64,000 nt of DNA. It comes from a virus. The notes beneath the pieces are model-generated. The model worked only from the letters and a program-made list of their open reading frames with translations. It made no database searches and was not told the origin of the DNA. Each line of letters opens with the position of its first letter. Positions within the stretch are counted from its first letter, which is position 1. Shown in pieces: positions 50,991 through 58,568 of the stretch. Made by a program: the position numbers and the translations under genes. The stretch covers positions 1 to 64,000 of the IMG/VR virus record IMGVR_UViG_3300019927_000058, one strand, 5' to 3'.

Positions 50991-51325
50991 GATTCCTTGG
51001 TAAAATTCTCGATTTGATTTGGTTAGGTTCAGATAATAGTCAGATTTCTGAAACTTCATCAGAAGATCCAAGAAAAAAGAAGAAAGATGATAATGATGTT
51101 TCTATCGCTCATTTTGAAGATAAGGGTGGAATTTATTTAGTAGCTTTTGATTGGGATATTACAAGGGTTGAAGAATTTGTGAATAATGGCTTCTTCGATA
51201 CATGGGAAAGAGAAATGGAAAATACAGGCGTGTTTTTAATGTCTGGAAACATGGGTAAAGACGGAGATGTTGAAGTAGTCAAAACATCTGTTTCAGAAGT
51301 ATTCAAAACTGAAGAAGATGAGTGA
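50987..51325 (+). CDS. Hypothetical protein
   Basis: 112 aa with an ATGA overlap upstream and an ATGAGTGA junction downstream. Confidence 0.5.
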   Translation: MRFLGKILDLIWLGSDNSQISETSSEDPRKKKKDDNDVSIAHFEDKGGIYLVAFDWDITRVEEFVNNGFFDTWEREMENTGVFLMSGNMGKDGDVEVVKTSVSEVFKTEEDE

Positions 51326-51554
51326 AGAAATCATCGGTCATGTCATTGATAAGAAAGATGAAAATACTTTGACTCTCAAGAATCTTCAAAATGAAGTTTT
51401 TGAAATAGAAATTCCAGATATATTTCACTATTCGGTTGGAGATGCTGTTCCTGAAGGTCACGATTATAGTAGAAAATGCAAACAGTGTAGAAATGAGCAG
51501 ATGTATGATTCTAAGAATGATGAATGGTATTGTCCTTTAGGCCATGACAATTGA
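51318..51554 (+). CDS. Small zinc-ribbon protein (family with 51544-51834 and 54717-54944)
   Basis: 78 aa with the C-terminal motif CKQCRNEQMYDSKNDEWYCPLGH. Confidence 0.55.
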   Translation: MSEEIIGHVIDKKDENTLTLKNLQNEVFEIEIPDIFHYSVGDAVPEGHDYSRKCKQCRNEQMYDSKNDEWYCPLGHDN

Positions 51555-51834
51555 ATGGGATAATAAGTGGGTTGATGTGGGTTATGTTAAAAGCAGAGAT
51601 AGTATAAGACAGACTACCAAAGTATGTTTAGAAGGCGAAGATGAAGATAAGTATGTTACATGGACAGATGAATTCTTAGAGTCAAGCGAAGACTTTAAAA
51701 TTTTAGGAGATATGGTGCAAGATGCGAGAGTATACAAGAAGACAACAGTAGGACCGTTTTGCTTAGAATGTGAAACAGATGCGTTTTATGATAATAAATC
51801 AGAAGAATATTATTGTCCTCACTGTGAAGAATAA
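51544..51834 (+). CDS. Small zinc-ribbon protein (same family)
   Basis: 96 aa with the C-terminal motif CLECETDAFYDNKSEEYYCPHCE. Confidence 0.55.
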   Translation: MTIEWDNKWVDVGYVKSRDSIRQTTKVCLEGEDEDKYVTWTDEFLESSEDFKILGDMVQDARVYKKTTVGPFCLECETDAFYDNKSEEYYCPHCEE

Positions 51835-51866
51835 TGTTTATAAGTATAGACGTTTTCATATAGAAC

Positions 51867-53126
51867 ATGGGTAACGAATCGCTGGTGGATAAGTATAAAC
51901 CTCAAAATTTTGATAATATTTCTGGTCATCCTTCAGCTATCAAGTCGATCAGAAAATGGGGAGAAGACTGGTCACAAGGAGACAGACCATTGCTTCTCCA
52001 TGGCCCTGCGGGAACTGGTAAAACAAGTACAGCAGAAGTAACCGCGAATGAAATGGATTGGGAGTATATCGAAGTCAATGCTTCTTCTAATAGACGCACG
52101 GAAGACATTGAACGCCTTGCTCAACAGATGCGTTCTAAGGGTGAAAGGCTGACACTCTATACACTTGATGAAGTTGATTCGATTGACGGACGTTCCCTTC
52201 AGGTTCTTTACTCAGTCTTAGAGGATTCACCTAATCCAGTTATTTGCACTGCAAACGAACTGTGGAAGGTTCCCGATGGTCTTGAGAATAGATGTAAGAA
52301 ACATAAGTTCAATCTTCGCAACGATTCAATCAAGAGTCATTTGCGAGACATAGTTGAGCAAGAAGATATTAGTATTTCAAGTCGTCAACTTGGACAGCTT
52401 GCAACCAGAAATGGTATTCGGGATGCACTAAATGATTTGCAGGAATACGTGGAATCTGATGGTCAAACCGATTGGGATGAACGAGATACAGATGATTCGC
52501 CATTTGCTGTAACTCGGAGGCTTCTTCTCAATAAAGACTATCTCGGTGATATGACTCCAGATGATATGGTTGCTTTCCTGAATGAAAATACTAAGAATGA
52601 ATTTGATGGAGTTGAAGCAATGCGTGCCTATCAAGCACTTGGAGAAGCAGATAAGTGGTTAGGTCATGTTAATCGAAATCAGGATTATTCGTGGTGGAGG
52701 TATGCTGGTTCTATTTCAGAAGAAGTGTCTAATCTCCGTTTGACAGAGCCATACAATGATTGGGTTAATGTGAATTACCCAAGCGAGAGACGAAATTATA
52801 CTCCGAAAGCTACTTCAGATAATAAGGAAGCACAGTTTTACCGAGAACTTAAAAATGAACAAGGATATTCGGGGAGTTTTGATTTCGGTGAATTTAGAGA
52901 AGTTATTCTCCCATTGCTGAAATCTCTCAATAGTGAACAAAAGAAACGACTTGCATTATCTCATTCTCTATCTGAAAATTCAATGGAAGTCATTGATTTA
53001 GATCCTTCCGATTTTGAAGATTGGGAAATGCAAGAAAGTGTAGATGATTCTTCTAATAGCAATCTTTCTGATTTCATAGATGATGATGAAACAGAAGAAG
53101 ACGAGAAAGGACTTTTTGATTATTAA
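51867..53126 (+). CDS. rfcL: Replication factor C large-subunit-like AAA+ clamp loader
   Basis: 419 aa. Motifs: LVDKYKPQNFDNISGHPSAIKSIRKW, PLLLHGPAGTGKTSTAEV, LYTLDEVDSI. An acidic C-terminal tail is present. A TTTATAAG box lies 23 nt upstream. Confidence 0.7.
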   Translation: MGNESLVDKYKPQNFDNISGHPSAIKSIRKWGEDWSQGDRPLLLHGPAGTGKTSTAEVTANEMDWEYIEVNASSNRRTEDIERLAQQMRSKGERLTLYTLDEVDSIDGRSLQVLYSVLEDSPNPVICTANELWKVPDGLENRCKKHKFNLRNDSIKSHLRDIVEQEDISISSRQLGQLATRNGIRDALNDLQEYVESDGQTDWDERDTDDSPFAVTRRLLLNKDYLGDMTPDDMVAFLNENTKNEFDGVEAMRAYQALGEADKWLGHVNRNQDYSWWRYAGSISEEVSNLRLTEPYNDWVNVNYPSERRNYTPKATSDNKEAQFYRELKNEQGYSGSFDFGEFREVILPLLKSLNSEQKKRLALSHSLSENSMEVIDLDPSDFEDWEMQESVDDSSNSNLSDFIDDDETEEDEKGLFDY

Positions 53127-53200
53127 ATAAATCCGAAAGGTATTTAAGTAAGGGTAGATAAAAGAAAGTAAGCAGTACAAAAACTGCACTCCCAATAAAA

Positions 53201-53890
53201 ATGACAATCACAGATGTTACCCTTGGAATGAATCAGCAGTCAACTAGCTTTGGGCCATTTGCTTATGGTTCTCATGCAGGTACTCCGGTTGTCGATTTCT
53301 CTGTTTCCGAAAGTGATTCAAATCAACTAGAAATCCGTTCTATTGATAGTCTTCTTGAAAGTTATAATTGGAAACGGAAGCTAAGTTCGGGCTTTGCACG
53401 TATTCAGTTTAATGCTGAAAACGTATTCAAAGAGCAGCACGCAGAAGGCATTTCAGAACTTTCCCGTCTTATTAATGCCAGATTTGTTGATTTTGAAGTC
53501 AATCGTGGAGAGTTAGGAACTATGCCACCTCGGGAAGTTAAGAATGTTGCAGACTTTTATAGTGTGTTTGTTCCCGGTGACTATGACTTTGATGAAGATG
53601 TGATGGAATTTTTCTCAAATCAGGCAAATTCATTCGGGAGTGCTGAGTTTATCTTCAAGATCGATAGCTCCACTGATGACCAATATGTGAATCAGATTGT
53701 TAATGAATACAATCTCTACGATTCAGATGTATGGCTGTTCCCGAAAGGATGGAAAGCCGAAACTGTCTCTGAGAGGTTTGATTATGCTGAAGGCTTCGCA
53801 AAGTCAAATGCTTGGAATGTATCTCCACGTATGGGCATTATGTCTCAAGCTTCTGAAGAAATTAAAGAAGTTCGAGAAGAGGATGAGTAA
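53201..53890 (+). CDS. Hypothetical protein (cysteine-free)
   Basis: 229-aa ORF. See the rejected list for the QueE-like impression. Confidence 0.5.
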   Translation: MTITDVTLGMNQQSTSFGPFAYGSHAGTPVVDFSVSESDSNQLEIRSIDSLLESYNWKRKLSSGFARIQFNAENVFKEQHAEGISELSRLINARFVDFEVNRGELGTMPPREVKNVADFYSVFVPGDYDFDEDVMEFFSNQANSFGSAEFIFKIDSSTDDQYVNQIVNEYNLYDSDVWLFPKGWKAETVSERFDYAEGFAKSNAWNVSPRMGIMSQASEEIKEVREEDE

Positions 53891-54107
53891 AAACGTAACA
53901 CAGATTCTTGAGTGGGAAGCCAGCGATGGAGTGATGCGTTCTCTATTGATTGTTGAGGATTTAGATTTGCCGAAGTCTGATGTGAAGCGGAAGACTATTG
54001 AAATTTCTGAGTACAATTCGTCAACTGATGAATGGGAAACTGGAGATACGATAGACAGTGTTGAAGAACTTGAATCCTTTGGAATTCCTGAAAGTCTCGT
54101 TGATTAA
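53883..54107 (+). CDS. Hypothetical protein (74 aa)
   Basis: I chose the ATG at 53883, which forms an ATGAGTAA junction. The track's longer version overlaps the upstream gene. Confidence 0.4.
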   Translation: MSKNVTQILEWEASDGVMRSLLIVEDLDLPKSDVKRKTIEISEYNSSTDEWETGDTIDSVEELESFGIPESLVD

Positions 54108-54166
54108 GCTACTTATTTTCGGAACGCTTTTAATTGTCAAGGCTCTACATCAGATAAGTATCGCAT

Positions 54167-54727
54167 ATGGGACTATTACCAGATCATAAGATTGCAAGAG
54201 AATTGGCATACGGAGAACTTGAAGTTGAACCAGTAAACTTGGAAGAACAACTTCAACCTGCTAGCTTGGATGTTCGTTTAGGAAAACATTTCAAACAATT
54301 CAATCCTGAAAATGGAAGAATTATTGACGTAGACGAGGGGGTTGAATCAATGATTGAAGAGAAACTCAATGAAAATGATGAAATAGTCATTTATCCGGGT
54401 GATTTTTTCCTTGCTGATACAAAGGAATCTTTCAGCATCCCCGATGATATTCTTGGAGAATTAACTGGGCGATCTTCTGTTGCTCGCTTGGGCATAACCG
54501 TACATCAGACCGCCGGAATATTCGATCCGGGCTTCTCTGCCCCTTCTGGTGTTTTAGAAATTACTAATGTTGGAAATAGACCAGTAAAACTTAAACCGGG
54601 AATGCGTATTGCTCAGATGACTTTTAACAAACTTGATGGTTCAGCAAACAATCCATATAATTCAGAAGACAACAAGTACCAAGGTCAAGAAGGTGCTACG
54701 GAAAGCAGAATAGACAATGACTTCTGA
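54167..54727 (+). CDS. dcd: dCTP deaminase (dUTPase superfamily)
   Basis: 186 aa. Motifs: LQPASLDVRLG, PGDFFLADTKE, LTGRSSVARLGITVHQTAGIFDPGF, PGMRIAQMTF. Confidence 0.85.
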   Translation: MGLLPDHKIARELAYGELEVEPVNLEEQLQPASLDVRLGKHFKQFNPENGRIIDVDEGVESMIEEKLNENDEIVIYPGDFFLADTKESFSIPDDILGELTGRSSVARLGITVHQTAGIFDPGFSAPSGVLEITNVGNRPVKLKPGMRIAQMTFNKLDGSANNPYNSEDNKYQGQEGATESRIDNDF

Positions 54728-54944
54728 AACAAGAGAAATCATTGCTGAGGCACTTTCTGAAGATATGCCTCTTGAGATGTTGATGAAACAGAAAGAAAAG
54801 ACTCAGGACAGCAATATGGTTGAAGTAATTAATGAAGAATTGTCAGAGCGTCACAAATGTCCTGAATGCTCTAATGATATGATGTTCGATGAAGATAAGA
54901 AAGAAATCTATTGTCCACTTGGGCACCATTCACATTCTGTATGA
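54717..54944 (+). CDS. Small zinc-ribbon protein (same family as 51318 and 51544)
   Basis: 75 aa with the C-terminal motif CPECSNDMMFDEDKKEIYCPLGH. Confidence 0.55.
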   Translation: MTSETREIIAEALSEDMPLEMLMKQKEKTQDSNMVEVINEELSERHKCPECSNDMMFDEDKKEIYCPLGHHSHSV

Positions 54945-55327
54945 GCAATTATACTAAGGGAGCAAAAGGTGAAAGAGAATTATTATCTCTTTTTTATGAG
55001 GAAGGATTTGTGGGGTTTCGCGCCCCTTCTTCTGGAAGTACAACCGAGAGAGAACTACCTGATGTTCTTGTAGGAAATGGAGAATTAGTTTTTGCAATTG
55101 AAGTAAAAAGGAGCGGCGGAGACTATGAATATCTCGATGAATATGAAATAGAAGATTTGCATTATTTTGCTGAAGCATTTGGAGCAGAGCCATTTATTGC
55201 AGTGAGATTTGATTATGGTGATTGGTTCTTGTTTGAAGACCATGAACTACATCAAACAGATGGTGGACGGTATCGAATCAAGAAAGAAAACGTTGATAAA
55301 GGTAAAACGATAAGTGATATTGTATGA
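54941..55327 (+). CDS. hjc: Holliday junction resolvase Hjc
   Basis: ATG at 54941 (ATGA overlap). KGAKGERELLSLFYEEGFVGFRAPSSG...LPDVLVGNGELVFAIEVKRS matches the Hjc E..PD..E.K pattern. Confidence 0.85.
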   Translation: MSNYTKGAKGERELLSLFYEEGFVGFRAPSSGSTTERELPDVLVGNGELVFAIEVKRSGGDYEYLDEYEIEDLHYFAEAFGAEPFIAVRFDYGDWFLFEDHELHQTDGGRYRIKKENVDKGKTISDIV

Positions 55328-55812
55328 ACGCAATGCCGGAAGAAATGATCAAAGAAATTGAACAGGCTGATGGACAAGACACTATTTATCTTTCCGGTCC
55401 TATTCGGAAAGCAACAGATAATGGAAAGAAGTGGAGAGAATCAATAATTGAGGATTATTCCGATGAATTTGATTTCATTAATCCGCTTGATGAATATAGC
55501 CCCGAAACACATGAAATCTTGAGTGACCCAATTGATTTTAACCCCGAAAGTGAGAAAGAGCAGGTTCTCCCCCAAGAATATATCTTTACTGATAAGATGA
55601 ATATTCAGGAATCAGATTACGTGTTTGTTGGACTCTCTGAAGTTATTTCTCGGGGTACTGACATGGAAATTTTATATTCCTATACAAACGATATTCCTGT
55701 TTTCGTTTGGACAATGAATGGACAGAAAGATTCTGGATGGGTGCGTTATCATGCAGAGTTTACAAATAGTGACCGAGATGCAGTTATGGAGGAAATTAGA
55801 AATTATGAATGA
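55324..55812 (+). CDS. Nucleoside 2-deoxyribosyltransferase-like protein
   Basis: 162 aa. Motifs: TIYLSGPIRKA....WRESII...FDFINPLD ... DKMNIQESDYVFVGL..ISRGTDMEILYSY..IPVFVW. This is the NDT/Rcl-like fold pattern as I remember it. Confidence 0.5.
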   Translation: MNAMPEEMIKEIEQADGQDTIYLSGPIRKATDNGKKWRESIIEDYSDEFDFINPLDEYSPETHEILSDPIDFNPESEKEQVLPQEYIFTDKMNIQESDYVFVGLSEVISRGTDMEILYSYTNDIPVFVWTMNGQKDSGWVRYHAEFTNSDRDAVMEEIRNYE

Positions 55813-56413
55813 TTATGATGGAAAGTTAGTCGCAATTGAAGGGCTAGATGGTGCTGGCGGTACGACTTTAATTGATAAACTTAAAGAAGAGTATTCAGAT
55901 AACGATGACTTCGTTTTCACTAAAGAACCATCAGACCTCTATTACGGTAAACGTGTTAGAGAGCGTCTTAGCATGGAAAATGATGCATCCCCCGCTGATT
56001 TCTTCGCTTTCCTTGCTGATCGTTATCAGCATTGCGATGAAGTGATTGAACCAGCACTTGAAGATGGTAAGACAGTCATTACAGATAGGTACGCTCTCTC
56101 AACATACGCATACCAGTCTAAAGTTCTCGATGAAGAATTAGGAATCATTGATCCGACTAAGTATATTGATGAAATGACGTATCATTTCACAATTGAACCT
56201 GATGTATATCTTTATCTTTCCGTTGATGTAGCTACTTCTATTGAAAGAAGTCAAGGCGATGAAAAATATGAGATGCCGGAAAAACTTAAAGAAGCAAAAC
56301 GCATTTACGATTATAAATATGAAGAGAAAGAAAATGTCATAAGAATTCCCGGAACTTGGGATGAAGAGGCCGTCTTTGAAGAAGCAAAGATTTGGATTGA
56401 AGGGCAGCTATGA
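55805..56413 (+). CDS. tmk: Thymidylate kinase-like dNMP kinase with an atypical P-loop
   Basis: ATG at 55805. KLVAIEGLDGAGGTTLIDKL is the Tmk P-loop, but the invariant Lys is Gly (codon GGT at the GK position). LADRYQH and TDRYALSTYAYQ are also present. Confidence 0.6.
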   Translation: MNDYDGKLVAIEGLDGAGGTTLIDKLKEEYSDNDDFVFTKEPSDLYYGKRVRERLSMENDASPADFFAFLADRYQHCDEVIEPALEDGKTVITDRYALSTYAYQSKVLDEELGIIDPTKYIDEMTYHFTIEPDVYLYLSVDVATSIERSQGDEKYEMPEKLKEAKRIYDYKYEEKENVIRIPGTWDEEAVFEEAKIWIEGQL

Positions 56414-56643
56414 CTGAAATGGAGTTGACTGTTACAATAGAGGAAGATGATGTGGTCAAATTTAACGATACCTTTTGGAGAATCGATTCTCTGACCGAGC
56501 CAATGGGGGATAAAGTAGATATGATTCCGATGAATGTTGGTGAACTTCGTTGTCTTCATAAAGATGATATTGAAGAAAGAATTAAACTCTCTGGACAATT
56601 CCATCTGATTAAAAAAGATTATCAGAACGTGATTGATTACTGA
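56410..56643 (+). CDS. Hypothetical protein
   Basis: 77 aa with an ATGA overlap upstream. Confidence 0.5.
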   Translation: MTEMELTVTIEEDDVVKFNDTFWRIDSLTEPMGDKVDMIPMNVGELRCLHKDDIEERIKLSGQFHLIKKDYQNVIDY

Positions 56644-56644
56644 A

Positions 56645-56659
56645 TCGTAACTGTTTTAA
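56645..56659 (+). promoter_or_regulatory. Promoter motif variant TCGTAACTGTTTTAA
   Basis: It ends 25 nt before the ATG at 56684 (helicase). Confidence 0.45.
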
Positions 56660-56683
56660 GTCGGTCTAACGAATTACATCCAT

Positions 56684-58324
56684 ATGGAATCAAGAGAAAA
56701 AGAGTTGTTCCCACACCCCTCGTTTCGGGAGAAACAATTTGAAACACTGCAAGCGTGTCTGGATGCGTTTGATAATGGAGCAAAGAATGTCGTTCTCGAT
56801 GCTCCTGTAGGAACAGGCAAATCGGGACTCTGTACTGCACTTCTTCGCTATGCTGATAATGGTTACTACACGACACCACAGAAGTCACTCCGCCAACAAA
56901 TTCAGGATGATGATGCATTGGAACCACACGTTGAAGATTTGAAGGCGAGGAAAGATTATTTCTGCAATGCAGGAAACGATAACTGCAAAGACTGTTCCGT
57001 ATATCAGTCGCAAGACCGTTCCTGTGCAGAGCAAAATGCTCCCCCATGCAATTACTGGAGACGTAAACAAACTGTAATGAATTCTGATATTTCAGTTATT
57101 ACGTTTGCTATGATGATTATTGATGGGATGATTCCGACTGAAGTGAATGGAATGCAGGTATCCTTCGATGATCGAGATATGGTTGTCGTTGATGAAGCTC
57201 ATGGTTTGGTTGAGCAAACCCGTGAAATGCACGCGGGGTTTGACGTTACTCCTTACGGTATTCCCGGTCACGTTTTCCAGAACGTTACGAAATCTGTTTC
57301 TTGGGAAGCGAACCGATATAAAGATGTTGAGAGCGAACTAAATACACTTCTACGCCGACTTAATGATTTCGTTCGTGATGTTCCGCAAATGGAAATGAGC
57401 GATGCTGAAGAGCGTTGTAGCCGTCTTAAAAATAAAATCAAGCAGGCGAAAGAAGACGTAGAAAATGACCGACCTTGGGTTGTTGATGTTGAAGGTAAGA
57501 ATTACGGTGGAGAGTATGTCAAGACACTTGAAATGAGGCCAATATACGTCGGCAACTTCCTCAAAAATTTCGTTTGGGAAAGAGCCAATAAGAGAGTCAT
57601 TTCAACTGCTACTCTCCGACACCGGAATAATCCTGATATTTGGCTAAAGCAGGTTGGTCTTGATCCCGATGAAACGAAAGTAATCAGTGTTGGGATGACC
57701 TTTCCTCCAGAGAATAGACCAGTTATTAAAGACCGCATGGTTGATTCATTTAGTGATGGTGGCTGTGCAGATAATTGGAATGAGGTAATGCACACACTGA
57801 ATGATATTTCTAAGAAGCATGTTGGAAAGAAAGGAATTTGTCATACAGCAAGTTATAATAGAGCCAAAAAAGTAGAAGAGACTGCTGATGATGAAAAACA
57901 TCCTTATCTTAAAGAGAATGTGTATGTCCATACACGCGATGAAGATGCTGAAGTAGCAGTCGAAAATTGGCAAGATAGTGATCTGGACATGATGCTAAGT
58001 CCGAGTATGATGGAAGGTATTTCTTTGGATGGTGATATGGGAGAATATAATATCTTGATGAAAGTTCCGTATCCGCAAATAGATAGTGCAACAGAATTTC
58101 TTTTGGAAAATCGAAGTTTCGGTTGGAATGAATACTTTGATAGAGCAGCTATTCGTGTTGCTCAAGCGTATGGCCGAACCAATCGAAGTAAGGAAGACAA
58201 GTCTAACTTCTATATTCTCGATGAAGATTATGAGAAGTTGAAGAAAAAAGCAACCTTGCCAGAGTGGATTCTACAGGGGGAAGAATATCCAGAAGTAGCG
58301 ACAAGGAGCGTTTTTGATTACTAA
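56684..58324 (+). CDS. XPD/Rad3/DinG-family Fe-S DNA helicase
   Basis: 546 aa. Motifs: FREKQFETL...VLDAPVGTGKSG (motif I), a Cys cluster (FCNAGNDNCKDCSV...SCAEQNAPPCNYW) between motifs Ia and II, VVVDEAHGL (DEAH), and C-terminal AAIRVAQAYGRTNR (motif VI). Confidence 0.8.
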   Translation: MESREKELFPHPSFREKQFETLQACLDAFDNGAKNVVLDAPVGTGKSGLCTALLRYADNGYYTTPQKSLRQQIQDDDALEPHVEDLKARKDYFCNAGNDNCKDCSVYQSQDRSCAEQNAPPCNYWRRKQTVMNSDISVITFAMMIIDGMIPTEVNGMQVSFDDRDMVVVDEAHGLVEQTREMHAGFDVTPYGIPGHVFQNVTKSVSWEANRYKDVESELNTLLRRLNDFVRDVPQMEMSDAEERCSRLKNKIKQAKEDVENDRPWVVDVEGKNYGGEYVKTLEMRPIYVGNFLKNFVWERANKRVISTATLRHRNNPDIWLKQVGLDPDETKVISVGMTFPPENRPVIKDRMVDSFSDGGCADNWNEVMHTLNDISKKHVGKKGICHTASYNRAKKVEETADDEKHPYLKENVYVHTRDEDAEVAVENWQDSDLDMMLSPSMMEGISLDGDMGEYNILMKVPYPQIDSATEFLLENRSFGWNEYFDRAAIRVAQAYGRTNRSKEDKSNFYILDEDYEKLKKKATLPEWILQGEEYPEVATRSVFDY

Positions 58325-58325
58325 A

Positions 58326-58520
58326 ATGATTGAAACACTAACAGCGATTGGCGTTGCATTGTTATTTGGAATAGGGCTGTCGATGACAGTTTTAGGACTG
58401 ACTTTGTTTTACAAAGTTTATATTAGTTCTCAAAATTATGATTCGCCGCTGGTAATTCTACTGATTGCGTTCTTTTCTCTCTGGTTTGGAACAAGTTGTT
58501 TGTTCTTTGTCATTGCCTAA
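58326..58520 (+). CDS. Small membrane protein (2 TM)
   Basis: ATG at 58326. Helices are LTAIGVALLFGIGLSMTVLGLTLF and LVILLIAFFSLWFGTSCLFFVIA. Confidence 0.5.
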   Translation: MIETLTAIGVALLFGIGLSMTVLGLTLFYKVYISSQNYDSPLVILLIAFFSLWFGTSCLFFVIA

Positions 58521-58523
58521 CAA

Positions 58524-58540
58524 ATACGTAAGTCTTTTAA
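58524..58540 (+). promoter_or_regulatory. Conserved promoter motif ATACGTAAGTCTTTTAA upstream of prkA
   Basis: It ends 29 nt before the ATG at 58569. Confidence 0.5.
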
Positions 58541-58568
58541 CCGTGTGTCTCTAACACACGGATGCATT

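Noticed and set aside
53201-53890. Impression of a QueE-like (7-carboxy-7-deazaguanine synthase) protein. The C-terminal pattern ..FIFKIDSS.DD......VWLFPKG.......A.....WNVSPRMGIM resembles the QueE C-terminus, and 7-deazaguanine DNA modification is known in some haloviruses.
   Set aside because: The protein has no cysteine at all, so it cannot bind the radical-SAM 4Fe-4S cluster. No QueC, QueD, FolE or DpdA partners are in the window. I left it as hypothetical.
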